Source: a virus (lineage: Duplodnaviria > Caudoviricetes). Taken from it: a stretch of 59,716 nt of DNA. Of this stretch, positions 9,272 to 19,822 are shown piece after piece; within the stretch, counting starts at the first letter, position 1, and every line of letters starts with the position of its first letter. The translations under genes and the position numbers were made by a program. The notes beneath the pieces are model-generated. The model searched no databases, was not told where the DNA came from, and worked only from the letters and a program-made list of their open reading frames with translations. The stretch is taken from the IMG/VR virus record IMGVR_UViG_3300020045_007673, positions 1 through 59,716 of that record; one strand, written 5' to 3'.

Positions 9272-10255
9272 ATGACGACGTCCGGAACCGTCGCCCAAAC
9301 CGCATTCGACACCGCCACCGTTATCGAAACGGCATTCCGGCGGTGCCGCGTGCATCCGTCCCGGCAGACCCCCGAGAAGATCCAGATTGCGCAAAACTGT
9401 CTGTATTTGCTGCTATCGGCATCCGGCAATCTCGGCCTGAATCTATGGGCAATCGAAAAGCAGATCGTCGGGTGCGAAATCGGCCAAACGGTTTATCCCT
9501 GCCCGACCGGAACGATCGACCTGCTGAATTTGATCTACTCCACGCCCACGCGCGAAGAAGGCACGGACAGCGACACGGCGACAAGTTTTACCACGGAACT
9601 AGCCGACTCGACTACCATCGTACGATTCGGCGTCAAACTGTCGGCAGTCACCGCAAGCGACACGCTGGTGCTGGAAAGTTCGGCGGACGGCGCGACTTGG
9701 ACGACCTCCTACACGAAAACCAAAACCGATTGGACGGCGAACACTTGGTACTGGTTCGATCTTGACCCGCAGGTTACTGATACCTATTTCCGGGTATCTT
9801 TCACCAACGCGATAACGGTCACGGAATTCTATCTGGCCTCCCGGATTTACGATTTGCCGGTTATGCAATGGAACCGCGACACCTGGACGCTGATTAACAA
9901 CAAAGGTCAGCGTTCGCATCCGAGCACGAACTATTACTACGAAAAGCTGCTGACGCCGCAAGTAACGATCTGGCCGGTGCCGGACGTTGATTACCAGCAC
10001 CTATCGATGTTCATTCATCGTCAAGTGCAGGATGTCGGCACGTTGATCCAAACCCTCGAAATTCCTCAACGCTGGTTCGAGGCGATTGTGTGGCAGTTGG
10101 CTTCGCGCCTGTGTTTCGAGCTTGAAGAAGTTGACCCCGCGCATATCCCGCTAGTTGTCCAAATGTCCGAGAAATACACACTGGAAGCGGGCTACGACGA
10201 AAGCGACGGCGCAACGTTGTTTATGACTCCGCAGATTCGCGGATACACGAGGTAA
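9272..10255 (+). CDS. Head-tail adaptor/connector protein
   Basis: MTTSGT..FD..VIE.AF.R, GLNLW, WPVPD and IPQRW motifs resemble podoviral adaptor proteins. Confidence 0.65.
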   Translation: MTTSGTVAQTAFDTATVIETAFRRCRVHPSRQTPEKIQIAQNCLYLLLSASGNLGLNLWAIEKQIVGCEIGQTVYPCPTGTIDLLNLIYSTPTREEGTDSDTATSFTTELADSTTIVRFGVKLSAVTASDTLVLESSADGATWTTSYTKTKTDWTANTWYWFDLDPQVTDTYFRVSFTNAITVTEFYLASRIYDLPVMQWNRDTWTLINNKGQRSHPSTNYYYEKLLTPQVTIWPVPDVDYQHLSMFIHRQVQDVGTLIQTLEIPQRWFEAIVWQLASRLCFELEEVDPAHIPLVVQMSEKYTLEAGYDESDGATLFMTPQIRGYTR

Positions 10256-10260
10256 TTATC

Positions 10261-10875
10261 ATGAATGATGAGCTTACTCAGTTTTTGCAATCCCTCCCCC
10301 CCCCCGGATCTCCGATGCCCCCGCCTAACATGCCGGACTTATGGGGAACCTACTACTCCCCAACGCCTTCCGCTCCAAATATGCCTGGCTCGGGCGACAT
10401 ATCGGGCGGCATATCTGGCGCACCGCTTAATCAGTTTTTGAAGACGCCCGAATCTTCGATGCCCCCGCCTAGCATGCCATCCCCCTATCCGGAATTCCAA
10501 TTTTTATCCCCATGGACTTCCGCTCCAAATATGCCGACTTACCCCCCCACGACGACCGCGCCAAGCTCGGCGGATATGGACGCGGCCTTACAGAAAATGA
10601 CGCAGCAACCCGCCGTAGCGCCGAATACGGACATGAATGCGTTTGTGCAAAGCTTGATGCGCCAATTGGCACCGCGCATGCCCGGTCAGCAGCCCGCCCC
10701 GACGGGAACCTTTCCGACGTTTCCTAGTATTGCCCCCAACACAATGCCCCCGCAAATTGGTGGACAGCCACGCAATGGCGGGCAAATGGGCGGGCAGCAA
10801 GGTGGATTGAATGCGCTACTGCGCCGGTTGAGTTCGCGCATTCGCCAAGGTCAAGGTCAAGGCGGAAATGTCTAG
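10261..10875 (+). CDS. Pro/Met/Gln-rich low-complexity protein
   Basis: Fills the gap in the operon. Contains a duplicated SAPNMP block. Confidence 0.55.
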   Translation: MNDELTQFLQSLPPPGSPMPPPNMPDLWGTYYSPTPSAPNMPGSGDISGGISGAPLNQFLKTPESSMPPPSMPSPYPEFQFLSPWTSAPNMPTYPPTTTAPSSADMDAALQKMTQQPAVAPNTDMNAFVQSLMRQLAPRMPGQQPAPTGTFPTFPSIAPNTMPPQIGGQPRNGGQMGGQQGGLNALLRRLSSRIRQGQGQGGNV

Positions 10876-11095
10876 TCACTATCTCCCGGTGCGATCTGTC
10901 GGCGGCACGATGGCGCTTGCCGTCTGCGAGCGCTGCAACGCCAAGATGTACGCCGGGGATAGGGTCAAAGACCCAAACAACGGGCTGATGGTGCATAAAG
11001 ATTGCTGCGATATGTACGATCCCTGGAGATTGCCTGCTCGCATCCCCGAAGACATTACCGTCGTCCGGCCTCGCCCGGATGAGCCGTTGGAGTAG
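10868..11095 (+). CDS. Small Zn-binding tail-module protein
   Basis: CERC and H..CC.D motifs. Ends in PRPDEPL. Confidence 0.7.
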   Translation: MSSHYLPVRSVGGTMALAVCERCNAKMYAGDRVKDPNNGLMVHKDCCDMYDPWRLPARIPEDITVVRPRPDEPLE

Positions 11096-11097
11096 AC

Positions 11098-11715
11098 ATG
11101 ACAGCCGCGATGACTTACGATAGCTTGGTGAATGATATCACTAGCTATGCCGAGCGCGACGACGCGCCATTCACCGATCAGATTCCGAGTTTTATCGCAA
11201 TGGCGGAAAACCGGATTGCGATGGAGGCTCGCGGGCTTGGCTTTCTCCGCGTAGTTTCGACCACGCTTAACGGTGCGTCTTTGGTAAAGCCGATCCGCTG
11301 GCGCGAGACGAAGAGCTTTGCCGTAACGGTTTCGGGTTCGCTGGTATTCCTGCAAGCCCGGTCGTACCAGTACTGCCGCGCATTCAACCCCGCAGCGGCT
11401 ACCGGAATCTCGCGATATTACAGCGACGCGGATTATGAGCATTGGTTCATCGCGCCGACCCCCGCGAGCAACTACGCGGCGGAAATACAATATCACGAGC
11501 GCCCGGAACCGTTGAGTTCCGCACAGCAAACCTCATGGACGACGCAATACGCGCCGCAGCTGTTGCTGTACGCAACACTGCTGGAATGCCAGCCATTCTT
11601 GAAGTTGCCCGAACGCATACCAGAATTCGAGAAGTTTTACGACCGCGCCTTGATGATGCTCACGAACGAAGATGAGCGCCGCCAACGCCCGGACGCCGCA
11701 GCAGTGAGGGCTTAA
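11098..11715 (+). CDS. Tail adaptor / tubular protein A-like
   Basis: MTYDSLV.DI..YAER.D, FIAMAENRI, IAPTP and LLLYATLLE motifs. Confidence 0.7.
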   Translation: MTAAMTYDSLVNDITSYAERDDAPFTDQIPSFIAMAENRIAMEARGLGFLRVVSTTLNGASLVKPIRWRETKSFAVTVSGSLVFLQARSYQYCRAFNPAAATGISRYYSDADYEHWFIAPTPASNYAAEIQYHERPEPLSSAQQTSWTTQYAPQLLLYATLLECQPFLKLPERIPEFEKFYDRALMMLTNEDERRQRPDAAAVRA

Positions 11716-13545
11716 ATGACGACATATACAGAGGTTTATGGTTCAGACACAGTCCCGCCGTCGGAATATGGCTATCAGGCGCTCAGCATTTCCGCCAACA
11801 CGACGGTAGTCTGGCCGTACAACTCGTCGGGCGGCACGTCGTTATCCAAGATCATCAACCTGACGGCGACGGCTGCCGGGTTGGTTATCACGCTTCCGGA
11901 CGCGCGGCAAGTCTCGACGGGTGAGGATTTCCTGATTCGCAACGTCGGCGCGGAGAGCGTGGTATTCAACGACGCGGGCGGAACGCCGGTTGCCACGGTA
12001 ACGGTGGGCGCGGCCAGCTATTTCTACCTGACCAGCAATTCCACGGAAGCGGGCACGTATGGCGTCATTGCCTATGGCGTCGGCACTTCAAGCGTGGATG
12101 CGGCTTCGCTGGTGGGCTATGGAATCATCGCTTCCGGCGCAACGCTGAACCAGGCGCATCCCGTTCTGAGTTCCGGAACGCCGGTAACTATCGACGCACC
12201 GCACCGCGCAACAGTATTCAACTACACGGGCGGCACGGAAACGCTGCCGCTCACCGCCGTAGCAACGCTCGGGGATAACTTCTTCTTCCTGCTGCGCAAC
12301 AGCGGCACGGGAACCCTGACCATCGCGCCGAATGCCGCCGAAACGATTGACGGCGCACTCACCCTGGACATTCAGCCGGGCGAATCGATTCTCGCCTTTT
12401 GCGGTGGAGATGCTTGGTACTCCGTCGGGTATGGTCGATCGATCATTTACAACTTCACGCAGCTGGTCAAAGACCTATCAGGCGGGGGTACATTCACGCT
12501 CACATCGTCCGAGGCGTCAAACAAGCTACTGACTTTCATCGGCAATCCGGCAGCTTCGGTAACGGTAGTCGTGCCCGATGTAGTGGCGGTGTATTACCTG
12601 TTGAATTCGCTCAGTACGGCGGTCAGCGTGACCGTTGAAACCGCATTAGGCACGGGCGTAACGCTAGCGCAATCGGCGCGACTGATCGCCATTTCGGACG
12701 CCACCAACGTGTATTCCGCGCAATCCGTGGCGGCTACTTCGTCTGTATCGCTGGTCAATGGTTCCGCTGCCGCCCCTTCGCTGAACTTCGCCACCCAAAC
12801 CAATACCGGCCTGTACAAGTACGGCGCTACGGGGATGGGGATCACCACGAACGGCACCGCGCAAATCACGATGGACGGCGCGGTAACGACCATATCTGCT
12901 GCCTCCACGGTGCTATCCGGCACGCTGACCGCTGGTAATTCAACCCTCGGCAACGTAGTGCTCGGTACGGTCACTTCCGGGGCTTGGAACGGCACGAAAA
13001 TTGGGGCGGCATACGGCGGCACCAATTGGGACTCCAGCGCCGTTACGGGTATTCCGAAGGTCGCGGCGGGGGTGTGGGGGACGGCGGCAGCGGGCACCGA
13101 TTACCAAGCACCTATCGGAACGATAGTGGGGATAGCGAAGGGCAACGGCGCGAATGCGCTTACCGCGGCAACCGCGAACACGGATTATCTGGTTCCGGCG
13201 CTAGCCAATACCGCCGTTACCGGGTTCAAGACGGCTACGTTCAACAGCCAGACCACCATTGCCACGACTACCGGCGCGATCACGGTGGATTGGACTTCCG
13301 CCCAAAACCAGAAGCAAACCGAACCTACGGGCAACATTACCTATACTTTCACCGCACCCCCCGGCCCGTGTCACTTGCAGTTGGTGATTGATTCCGACGG
13401 CACCAGCACGGCGCGGACTTTCACTTGGCCCGGCACCGTCATTTGGATGGGTTCGACTTGGACGGCCTCGAACAACAAGAAGGCGATCATCAACTTCTGG
13501 TATGACGGATCGAGCTACTTCGCTATGGGGACGAATCAAGTATGA
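11716..13545 (+). CDS. Tail fibre protein
   Basis: Gly/Thr/Ala-rich 609 aa with GSAAAPSLNF..TNTGLY. C-terminal fibre domain TVDW..FTWPGTVIW..YDG. Confidence 0.75.
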   Translation: MTTYTEVYGSDTVPPSEYGYQALSISANTTVVWPYNSSGGTSLSKIINLTATAAGLVITLPDARQVSTGEDFLIRNVGAESVVFNDAGGTPVATVTVGAASYFYLTSNSTEAGTYGVIAYGVGTSSVDAASLVGYGIIASGATLNQAHPVLSSGTPVTIDAPHRATVFNYTGGTETLPLTAVATLGDNFFFLLRNSGTGTLTIAPNAAETIDGALTLDIQPGESILAFCGGDAWYSVGYGRSIIYNFTQLVKDLSGGGTFTLTSSEASNKLLTFIGNPAASVTVVVPDVVAVYYLLNSLSTAVSVTVETALGTGVTLAQSARLIAISDATNVYSAQSVAATSSVSLVNGSAAAPSLNFATQTNTGLYKYGATGMGITTNGTAQITMDGAVTTISAASTVLSGTLTAGNSTLGNVVLGTVTSGAWNGTKIGAAYGGTNWDSSAVTGIPKVAAGVWGTAAAGTDYQAPIGTIVGIAKGNGANALTAATANTDYLVPALANTAVTGFKTATFNSQTTIATTTGAITVDWTSAQNQKQTEPTGNITYTFTAPPGPCHLQLVIDSDGTSTARTFTWPGTVIWMGSTWTASNNKKAIINFWYDGSSYFAMGTNQV

Positions 13546-14837
13546 CCGCACCTAGCATCCGAAGTTCTATTATTTGGGACAGCGGTCTCGGGACGGGGAC
13601 TACCCGCGACATTACGATGCCCAATACGATTTCCGCGAACGATCTCATATTAGTCTGTATTGCTTGTAATTCATTGTCCGCCAACATTAATCTGACGGGT
13701 TTTACAGAATTGTTTGATATTACCTCCCCCGCGCGGCAGATTTGGTTTTATAAAACCGCCGTCGGTAATGAAGATGGAGATATCGTCGTATTGAACATAA
13801 ACATATCTGGAGCGGAAGTCCATGGGGCATCTATGGCGATCTCTGGAACCACAATCGCCAACGTAACTTATTCAACGGGCACCGGGTCATACGACTGCCC
13901 GTCGCTAAATGACACCAGCGCGATCCGGCCAAGCGACTCGCTATTTTTACGCACTTGTGTATTGAAAACCCCCTCGGATAGCGTAAACGTTTGGACAGCC
14001 CCCTCGGGATATACGATTATCGATGATATACTCGGCGGTGCTACACCCGACGTTGGCGGGTGCATGTCACAACGATCAGGTACTACCGAATATCTCGAAG
14101 CCCTGGGCACATTTGAATGCACGGACGGCGTGAATCCAATTACTTCCACGGCCAAATCAACTTCAACAATCCGGCTAGTCAGCAGTACCGCCAACTCGAC
14201 AATCTACATCAACGACCTGAACGAAACTAGTTACAACACGGGCGCGGTTAGCACTTGGACGGGTACTTTCAACAAAGCGGTATCTGCCGGGGATGTGTTG
14301 GTTTTCGCGTTAATCAATTCGAACACCAATACGGTCATCACACCACCCGCCGGATTCACTGCCGGAACCACACAAACCGGTCAAGACCCGCAAGGCAACT
14401 TCTACTACAAAATTGCGACGGGCGGCGAAACGGGGGCGAGTGTGGTGTTCGACGCTTCCGAGGATGGCGTTGCCTTGCTGTTCGCCGTTCGCGGTGCGAT
14501 TATGACTCCGGCGTTCAGTACTTGGGCTTCGGTAAATGGGACTTCGCTACCGCTCGGCACGGCTTCGCTTGAGGCAGTTTCCGCGTCGGTTTTCTCCCTT
14601 GCGGTTCATGGAGCGGACGTAGGTGGAACATACGCGCTTACGGGTTACACCAACATTCTGAACAACTCGGGGACTGAATACACATCTATTTGGTATTCGG
14701 ACGACACTTTCACCGGAACATCCAAGACCGGAACGATTACCAAAACGTCGTCCGGAACTACGATGGAGGCGTTGTCTATCGCGTTTGGGACTACCGTCGC
14801 GCAAAACGGCAGCATCTTTTTCGGATGCAATTTCTGA
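13542..14837 (+). CDS. Tail-fibre-associated / receptor-binding protein with two repeated beta domains
   Basis: ATGA overlap. Two similar domains (SANDLILVCI..WFYKTA and SAGDVLVFAL..FYYKIA). Confidence 0.6.
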   Translation: MTAPSIRSSIIWDSGLGTGTTRDITMPNTISANDLILVCIACNSLSANINLTGFTELFDITSPARQIWFYKTAVGNEDGDIVVLNINISGAEVHGASMAISGTTIANVTYSTGTGSYDCPSLNDTSAIRPSDSLFLRTCVLKTPSDSVNVWTAPSGYTIIDDILGGATPDVGGCMSQRSGTTEYLEALGTFECTDGVNPITSTAKSTSTIRLVSSTANSTIYINDLNETSYNTGAVSTWTGTFNKAVSAGDVLVFALINSNTNTVITPPAGFTAGTTQTGQDPQGNFYYKIATGGETGASVVFDASEDGVALLFAVRGAIMTPAFSTWASVNGTSLPLGTASLEAVSASVFSLAVHGADVGGTYALTGYTNILNNSGTEYTSIWYSDDTFTGTSKTGTITKTSSGTTMEALSIAFGTTVAQNGSIFFGCNF

Positions 14838-14849
14838 TGCGAGCCAACC

Positions 14850-15164
14850 ATGCAAGATTTCACCACCAAAGGGAGTTTTACCGCAATGGAACCACAACAC
14901 TTGATCAACGCGGCGCTGGCGATTGCTGGGTTTTTAGGCGGGTTTTGGATGAAGGTGATGTGGGATTCGTTACGCGAGTTACGTCAGGCGGATGAGTCTC
15001 TGACCAATAAAGTTCAAGCTATCGAGGTATTGGTGGCCGGGATGTACGTGAAGCGGGACGATATGGAAAAGCTCACTACGGCGCTATTCAGCAAGTTGGA
15101 CAGGATAGAAGCTAAGGTAGATACCAAAGTCGGCAAAGATGATTGTAAGGCGTGCAACGCATGA
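14850..15164 (+). CDS. Membrane protein with coiled coil (lysis region, holin/hemolysin-like)
   Basis: One N-terminal TM segment and a YVKRDD..LDRIEAK tail. The start may be 14886. Confidence 0.65.
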   Translation: MQDFTTKGSFTAMEPQHLINAALAIAGFLGGFWMKVMWDSLRELRQADESLTNKVQAIEVLVAGMYVKRDDMEKLTTALFSKLDRIEAKVDTKVGKDDCKACNA

Positions 15165-15577
15165 AACTCAAACTAGAACGCACCGGCTACGGGGAGGTTT
15201 CTACAATCGGAGATCTATCCATCAATGGTGCGCATTTTTGCTGGACGTTGGAAGATAAAGACCGGGCGCTGGAGACTTCCCCGGAAGCCAAGGTGCTCGG
15301 AAAAACCGCGATTCCGAAAGGGAAATACGATGTCGTCATTGACTATTCCCAGCGTTTCAAGTGTGCTATGCCGCATGTTCTTAAAGTGCCTGGATTTATG
15401 GGTATCCGTATCCACCCCGGCAATACGTCGAAGGATACGGAGGGCTGTATATTGGTTGGTGGGAAACCGCTGAATAACGACTTCATCCCAAAATCTCGGC
15501 AGCATTACTCGCAGCTATTCGAGTTGATGCAACAAGCAGAGGATCACGGCGAAGTGATTACCTTGGAGGTTTGCTGA
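15161..15577 (+). CDS. Putative endolysin (DUF5675-like L,D-peptidase fold)
   Basis: TIG.L..G..FC.TLED, TAIP.G.Y and GIRIHPGN..DTEGCILVG motifs. Confidence 0.75.
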   Translation: MKLKLERTGYGEVSTIGDLSINGAHFCWTLEDKDRALETSPEAKVLGKTAIPKGKYDVVIDYSQRFKCAMPHVLKVPGFMGIRIHPGNTSKDTEGCILVGGKPLNNDFIPKSRQHYSQLFELMQQAEDHGEVITLEVC

Positions 15578-15578
15578 T

Positions 15579-15755
15579 ATGACTGAAGTTCGCGGGCCGT
15601 GGGTTCAAGTGGGGGACTTCTTCGTCGCGCCAATCAAAGGCACGGAGCGCGTTTGGCTTGAGCGTGCTGAAGGCCCTGGCGCGGGCGAGGGCGGGATGTT
15701 TGACGTGAAACAACTCCAAGAAGTGATCCGGAAGTTTTACGAGGAGAATTTCTAA
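15579..15755 (+). CDS. Small hypothetical protein (58 aa, not in the ORF track)
   Basis: MTEVRGPWVQVGDFF...KFYEENF. RBS GGAGG upstream, and its TAA overlaps the next ATG. Confidence 0.6.
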   Translation: MTEVRGPWVQVGDFFVAPIKGTERVWLERAEGPGAGEGGMFDVKQLQEVIRKFYEENF

Positions 15756-16264
15756 TGGACTTCAAAGATGCTCTACGAAAACTCGCCCCTACTGCGGCGG
15801 CTATACTTGGCGGCCCGTTCGCTGGAATGGCGGTGGAGGCTCTTGGATCGGCCCTCGGAATCGATGCGCCAACGCAAGAAAAGATGGCTGCTGCTTTCAA
15901 ATCCCAGCAACTCACGGGCGATCAACTCATCGCCATCAAGCAAGCTGAACACAATCTCGCATTGAAACTCGAAGAGCTAGGGGTGAAACGTGAAGAATTG
16001 GACGCTGGTGATCGAGCCTCGGCACGTGGTATGCAAGTCTCCACAGGGTCATGGGTTCCGGGTGTCCTTGCGATGGTTATCACTATTGGATTCTTCGGGA
16101 TACTTATCACCATGGTACTCGAAGAAATCCGACCCTCAGAACCGCTTCTGGTCATGCTCGGATCGCTCGGCACGGCATGGACGATGATGTGCGGGTTCTA
16201 CTACGGCAGCAGCCACGGCAGCCGCGCCAACCAGCAAGCGCTGCTTGAACGGGCGGCAAAATGA
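15755..16264 (+). CDS. Holin (3TM-holin-like)
   Basis: APT.A..LGGP..G.A, DRASAR, two C-terminal TM segments and FYYGSS.GS. Confidence 0.75.
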   Translation: MDFKDALRKLAPTAAAILGGPFAGMAVEALGSALGIDAPTQEKMAAAFKSQQLTGDQLIAIKQAEHNLALKLEELGVKREELDAGDRASARGMQVSTGSWVPGVLAMVITIGFFGILITMVLEEIRPSEPLLVMLGSLGTAWTMMCGFYYGSSHGSRANQQALLERAAK

Positions 16265-16656
16265 TTGATGTGATTGACGAACGCTCCGCGCAGGAACTGA
16301 TAGGCGGCGGCGATACGCGATTGCATTTTCATTTGGAGGACCGCACTCCAACACATTTGACGCTTGAGCAGATGCAAAGTGTGACGAACGTCGGAACGCA
16401 AACGGGAAACTACACAGCAACCCCACAAGATGACATTATCCTGGTCGATACATCGGCGGGCAATGTTACGGTAACGCTCCCCTTAGCCAAGGGCGGTAAG
16501 GAATTTGAGCCGGTAAAAGCGGAAGCGGCGAACGTGTTGTACGTAGTCCCAACCGCGCCGGATACCATTTTAGGTAGCGCTACCGGGGTTATAATTCGTA
16601 ATCAATACGATGCCTTGCGTCTTAAGTCAGTTACCGGCGGGTATATCGCGCTATGA
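16261..16656 (+). CDS. Virion structural protein
   Basis: DDIILVDTSAGNVTVTLP fibre-like motif. Confidence 0.6.
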   Translation: MIDVIDERSAQELIGGGDTRLHFHLEDRTPTHLTLEQMQSVTNVGTQTGNYTATPQDDIILVDTSAGNVTVTLPLAKGGKEFEPVKAEAANVLYVVPTAPDTILGSATGVIIRNQYDALRLKSVTGGYIAL

Positions 16657-18083
16657 GCTATATCGACGTTTCGGCGCTAGGGTTTGATGATCGCGGCTTG
16701 GATGCCTTTGGTAACTTGCCCGTTGCCGAACCGCGAACGCTGTTTGACGCCCAGCAGGAATACGGCCTCGACACGCTACGGGTATGGGATGCGACGGCCA
16801 ATGGCTCGCTAGCCATTGGGCACACCAACGGAACCGTCACTTCTGGCGGCAATACTGTCGGGCCACGTAGCGTTAATACAGGGCTTACGCCAATCACGGT
16901 AAGCGCAACGGATACCCACTACGCCGTCCTGCAATCCCGTCAGTATGTCCGTTATATCCCTGGTAAGGGGCACCGAACGTACATAACTGGAGTATTTGCG
17001 GCGGGTGCGAGCGCGACGGCGGCGATTGTGTGGCGCTCTTCGACTTCCGGATCGGTGGTGAATACTTCCATCGCGCAAGCTAGTTGGGGTGTGGATAAAT
17101 TCAACGGCACCGGCCCTTCCGGAGTAACGATTGACTTTACCAAGATTCAAATCTTGGTGATTGACGCGCAGATGCTTTACGCGGGGCGCATCCGCGTTGG
17201 GTTTGATGTTGATGGAATAGTTTGTTGGGCGCATTATATTGATATTGCGAACAACCAATCCGTCCCGACGATGCAAGCCTATAACCTACCTGTACGTGTC
17301 GAGGGTCGCACGGGGGCAAGCTCCACGGCGTTTCGTTTCGGGTACTTTGATTCCGCCAACGGCGTTTATCTGGAAACGACTAGAACCAGTACCGGCGGCA
17401 CGGCGTACTTTGAATGCTGTTCTGTGCAGTCCTTCGGGGGGGCGGAGGCGAGGGGGTTCCCGAACAGTGCGCCGGTCGGCATCAACACTATTGCCGTCAC
17501 TACGCGCCGCCCGGTGTTGTCCATCCGCCCGAAGGCAACGTACAACGGGAAAACAAACCGGGCGCATATTGAAGAAATTGAAGCCACCCTTCGCGCGACC
17601 ACGAACGATTCGCTAGTGGAATTTGTGGTCGGCGGAACACTTACCGGCGCAAGTTGGCTGACCGCTGGCCCGAGAGTTACGGCAGGCGCTTTTGTGACCG
17701 GGCAATCTTATTTCATATTGACGGTCGGCACCACGAATTACACCCTGATCGGCGCGGCATCAAACACGGTCGGATTACAATTCACGGCAACTGGCGCGGG
17801 CGCGGGAACGGGCACAGCCGCTGTCGCGGTTTCGACCGTAGATTATGACGTGGCTGCCACGGCTATCGCGGGTGGAGTTACCGTCAAGTGCTTTTTCGTG
17901 ACTGCCGGAACTGGGACTCAGGCCGAAGTGTCGGCGAATGAAGCAGATATACGCTCGCCGCTGGTGTTGTCGCAGATCGACGCGCTGACCGCAACGCAGA
18001 CCGCCTTCTCGCTGGTTTGCACGGCATTTACCGGCACGTCAAACGTGACTTCGTTGTTAAATTGGCATGAGCAGGTGATTTGA
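16653..18083 (+). CDS. Virion structural protein
   Basis: DAFG.L.V.EP.TLFD and QSRQY.RY.PGK motifs. Beta-rich. Confidence 0.65.
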   Translation: MSYIDVSALGFDDRGLDAFGNLPVAEPRTLFDAQQEYGLDTLRVWDATANGSLAIGHTNGTVTSGGNTVGPRSVNTGLTPITVSATDTHYAVLQSRQYVRYIPGKGHRTYITGVFAAGASATAAIVWRSSTSGSVVNTSIAQASWGVDKFNGTGPSGVTIDFTKIQILVIDAQMLYAGRIRVGFDVDGIVCWAHYIDIANNQSVPTMQAYNLPVRVEGRTGASSTAFRFGYFDSANGVYLETTRTSTGGTAYFECCSVQSFGGAEARGFPNSAPVGINTIAVTTRRPVLSIRPKATYNGKTNRAHIEEIEATLRATTNDSLVEFVVGGTLTGASWLTAGPRVTAGAFVTGQSYFILTVGTTNYTLIGAASNTVGLQFTATGAGAGTGTAAVAVSTVDYDVAATAIAGGVTVKCFFVTAGTGTQAEVSANEADIRSPLVLSQIDALTATQTAFSLVCTAFTGTSNVTSLLNWHEQVI

Positions 18084-19822
18084 TGGCGGAAATAAAGCAA
18101 CTCTACCAAGTCAATACGCTTCCCGGCATCAAGCGGGACGGCACCGCGCTAGACGGCGATCAATTCTCTGATGGCCAATGGGTACGCTTCCAACGTGGCC
18201 GCCCGAAGAAGATCGGCGGGTATCAGCAAATCTCCGACGCGCTTACCGGCCCGGTGCGGGAGTGCTTGGTGTGGTCGCGAAGTGATATGAACGCGATTTA
18301 TACTTTCTCGCCGTCGAAGATCGAAATGTTGCTCGTGGATAACAACGGGCTAGGTTCTTCAATTATCAACCGCTCCCCGGCTGGATTCACTGAGGATGAC
18401 AACTATATTTGGAGCGTGAGCACGCTTTACAACGCGGGAGGTAGTACCACGGCGGTATTGGCGCATGCCTCCAACTCCATGACGAATATTGACTCGACGA
18501 CGCAATTTGACACCTACTATGGTGATGCGTCCGGGGACAGCGCTTTCGTCGCCATCACCGGCACCGGCCCAACGGGCAACGGGGTTTCTGGCGGAGTGTT
18601 TTGCGTACCGCCCTATGCGTTTTACATCGGTTCTGACGGCTACATCCAATGGAGTGATGTGAATCAGCCAACAGTATTGACCAGCGGAGAGGCAGGCGAT
18701 GGCCGAATCACCGGCGCAAAGCTGGTGAAAGGGCTTACCCTGCGCTCGGGTTCCGGCCCCGCGGCGCTGTTGTGGTCGCTGGATTCCGTCATTCGTATGG
18801 ATTACTCTGGCGGGCAAAGTCTGTTCCGTTTCTCTCACTTGAGCGCGCAAACCTCGGTACTTAGTCAAAACAGCATTCTTGAATATGATGGTATTTATTA
18901 TTGGGTAGGTATTGACCGCTTCCTGTTTTGCGACGGCGGAACGGTGCGGGAACTCCCGAACCAGATGAATATCAATTGGTTCTTCGACAACATGAACTAT
19001 GCGCAGCGTCAGAAGGTTTGGGCGATGAAGGTGCCGCGTTTTGGAGAAATCTGGTGGTTCTTCCCCTTCGGAAACGCCGAAGAATGCACCCACGCGGTGA
19101 TCTACAACGTGCGCGAACAGACTTGGTACGACCTGGCATGCCCGAGGGCGGCTGGCTATTACTCGCAGGTATTCCGCTATCCGGTGATGGCCGGGAATGA
19201 GACTTCCGCGAAGGTGTCGCTTGATCTTTCCGCAGTGGCGGGCACGATCAACGTCGGAGATGAATTGGTTGGGGCGAGTTCCGGAGTTAGCGGCACCGTA
19301 GTGAATATCTCCGGAAGCGATTATCAAGTGATGCTGGATAACGCAAGTCTGGTTTATTCCGCTACCGAGGGCGTCACCGATACAGAAACAGCGGCGACTG
19401 CCACGGTGGATTCCGTCGCCTACCTTTACGCGCTGTACTCTCACGAAAAAGGGAAAGACAAGATCGTCGGGGATGCGGTGACTTCCATTGAGAGCTATTT
19501 CACCACGGCAGATTTTGGCTTGCCCACAGGCGGCGCGGCGCAGAACGATATAACGGGCTTGAATCGCTGGACACGACTTATCCGGATCGAGCCGGATTTC
19601 ATTCAAGACGGAGACATGAGCGTAACGGTAAGCGGTAAGGAATTCGCGCACGCAACTACTAGAGAATCAGACCCTTACGTGTTCAACGAATCAACAGAAA
19701 AAATTGATATGAGGGAACAACGGCGTGAAATTAGGTTAAAATTTAGCTCAAATACTGTCGGCGGACATTATGAAATGGGGCGGGTAATTCTTCACACCGA
19801 GCCTGGTGATGTGAGGTCATAA
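18083..19822 (+). CDS. Tail nozzle / tubular protein B (P22 gp10-like DNA stabilization protein)
   Basis: PGIKRDGT, VRFQRGRPKKIGG, FGEIWWFFP and YNVREQTWY motifs. Beta-propeller-like. Confidence 0.75.
   Translation: MAEIKQLYQVNTLPGIKRDGTALDGDQFSDGQWVRFQRGRPKKIGGYQQISDALTGPVRECLVWSRSDMNAIYTFSPSKIEMLLVDNNGLGSSIINRSPAGFTEDDNYIWSVSTLYNAGGSTTAVLAHASNSMTNIDSTTQFDTYYGDASGDSAFVAITGTGPTGNGVSGGVFCVPPYAFYIGSDGYIQWSDVNQPTVLTSGEAGDGRITGAKLVKGLTLRSGSGPAALLWSLDSVIRMDYSGGQSLFRFSHLSAQTSVLSQNSILEYDGIYYWVGIDRFLFCDGGTVRELPNQMNINWFFDNMNYAQRQKVWAMKVPRFGEIWWFFPFGNAEECTHAVIYNVREQTWYDLACPRAAGYYSQVFRYPVMAGNETSAKVSLDLSAVAGTINVGDELVGASSGVSGTVVNISGSDYQVMLDNASLVYSATEGVTDTETAATATVDSVAYLYALYSHEKGKDKIVGDAVTSIESYFTTADFGLPTGGAAQNDITGLNRWTRLIRIEPDFIQDGDMSVTVSGKEFAHATTRESDPYVFNESTEKIDMREQRREIRLKFSSNTVGGHYEMGRVILHTEPGDVRS

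Noticed and set aside
18359-19651. 430-aa antisense ORF
   Set aside because: Shadow of the nozzle gene with no motifs or RBS; typical of GC-biased codon usage.
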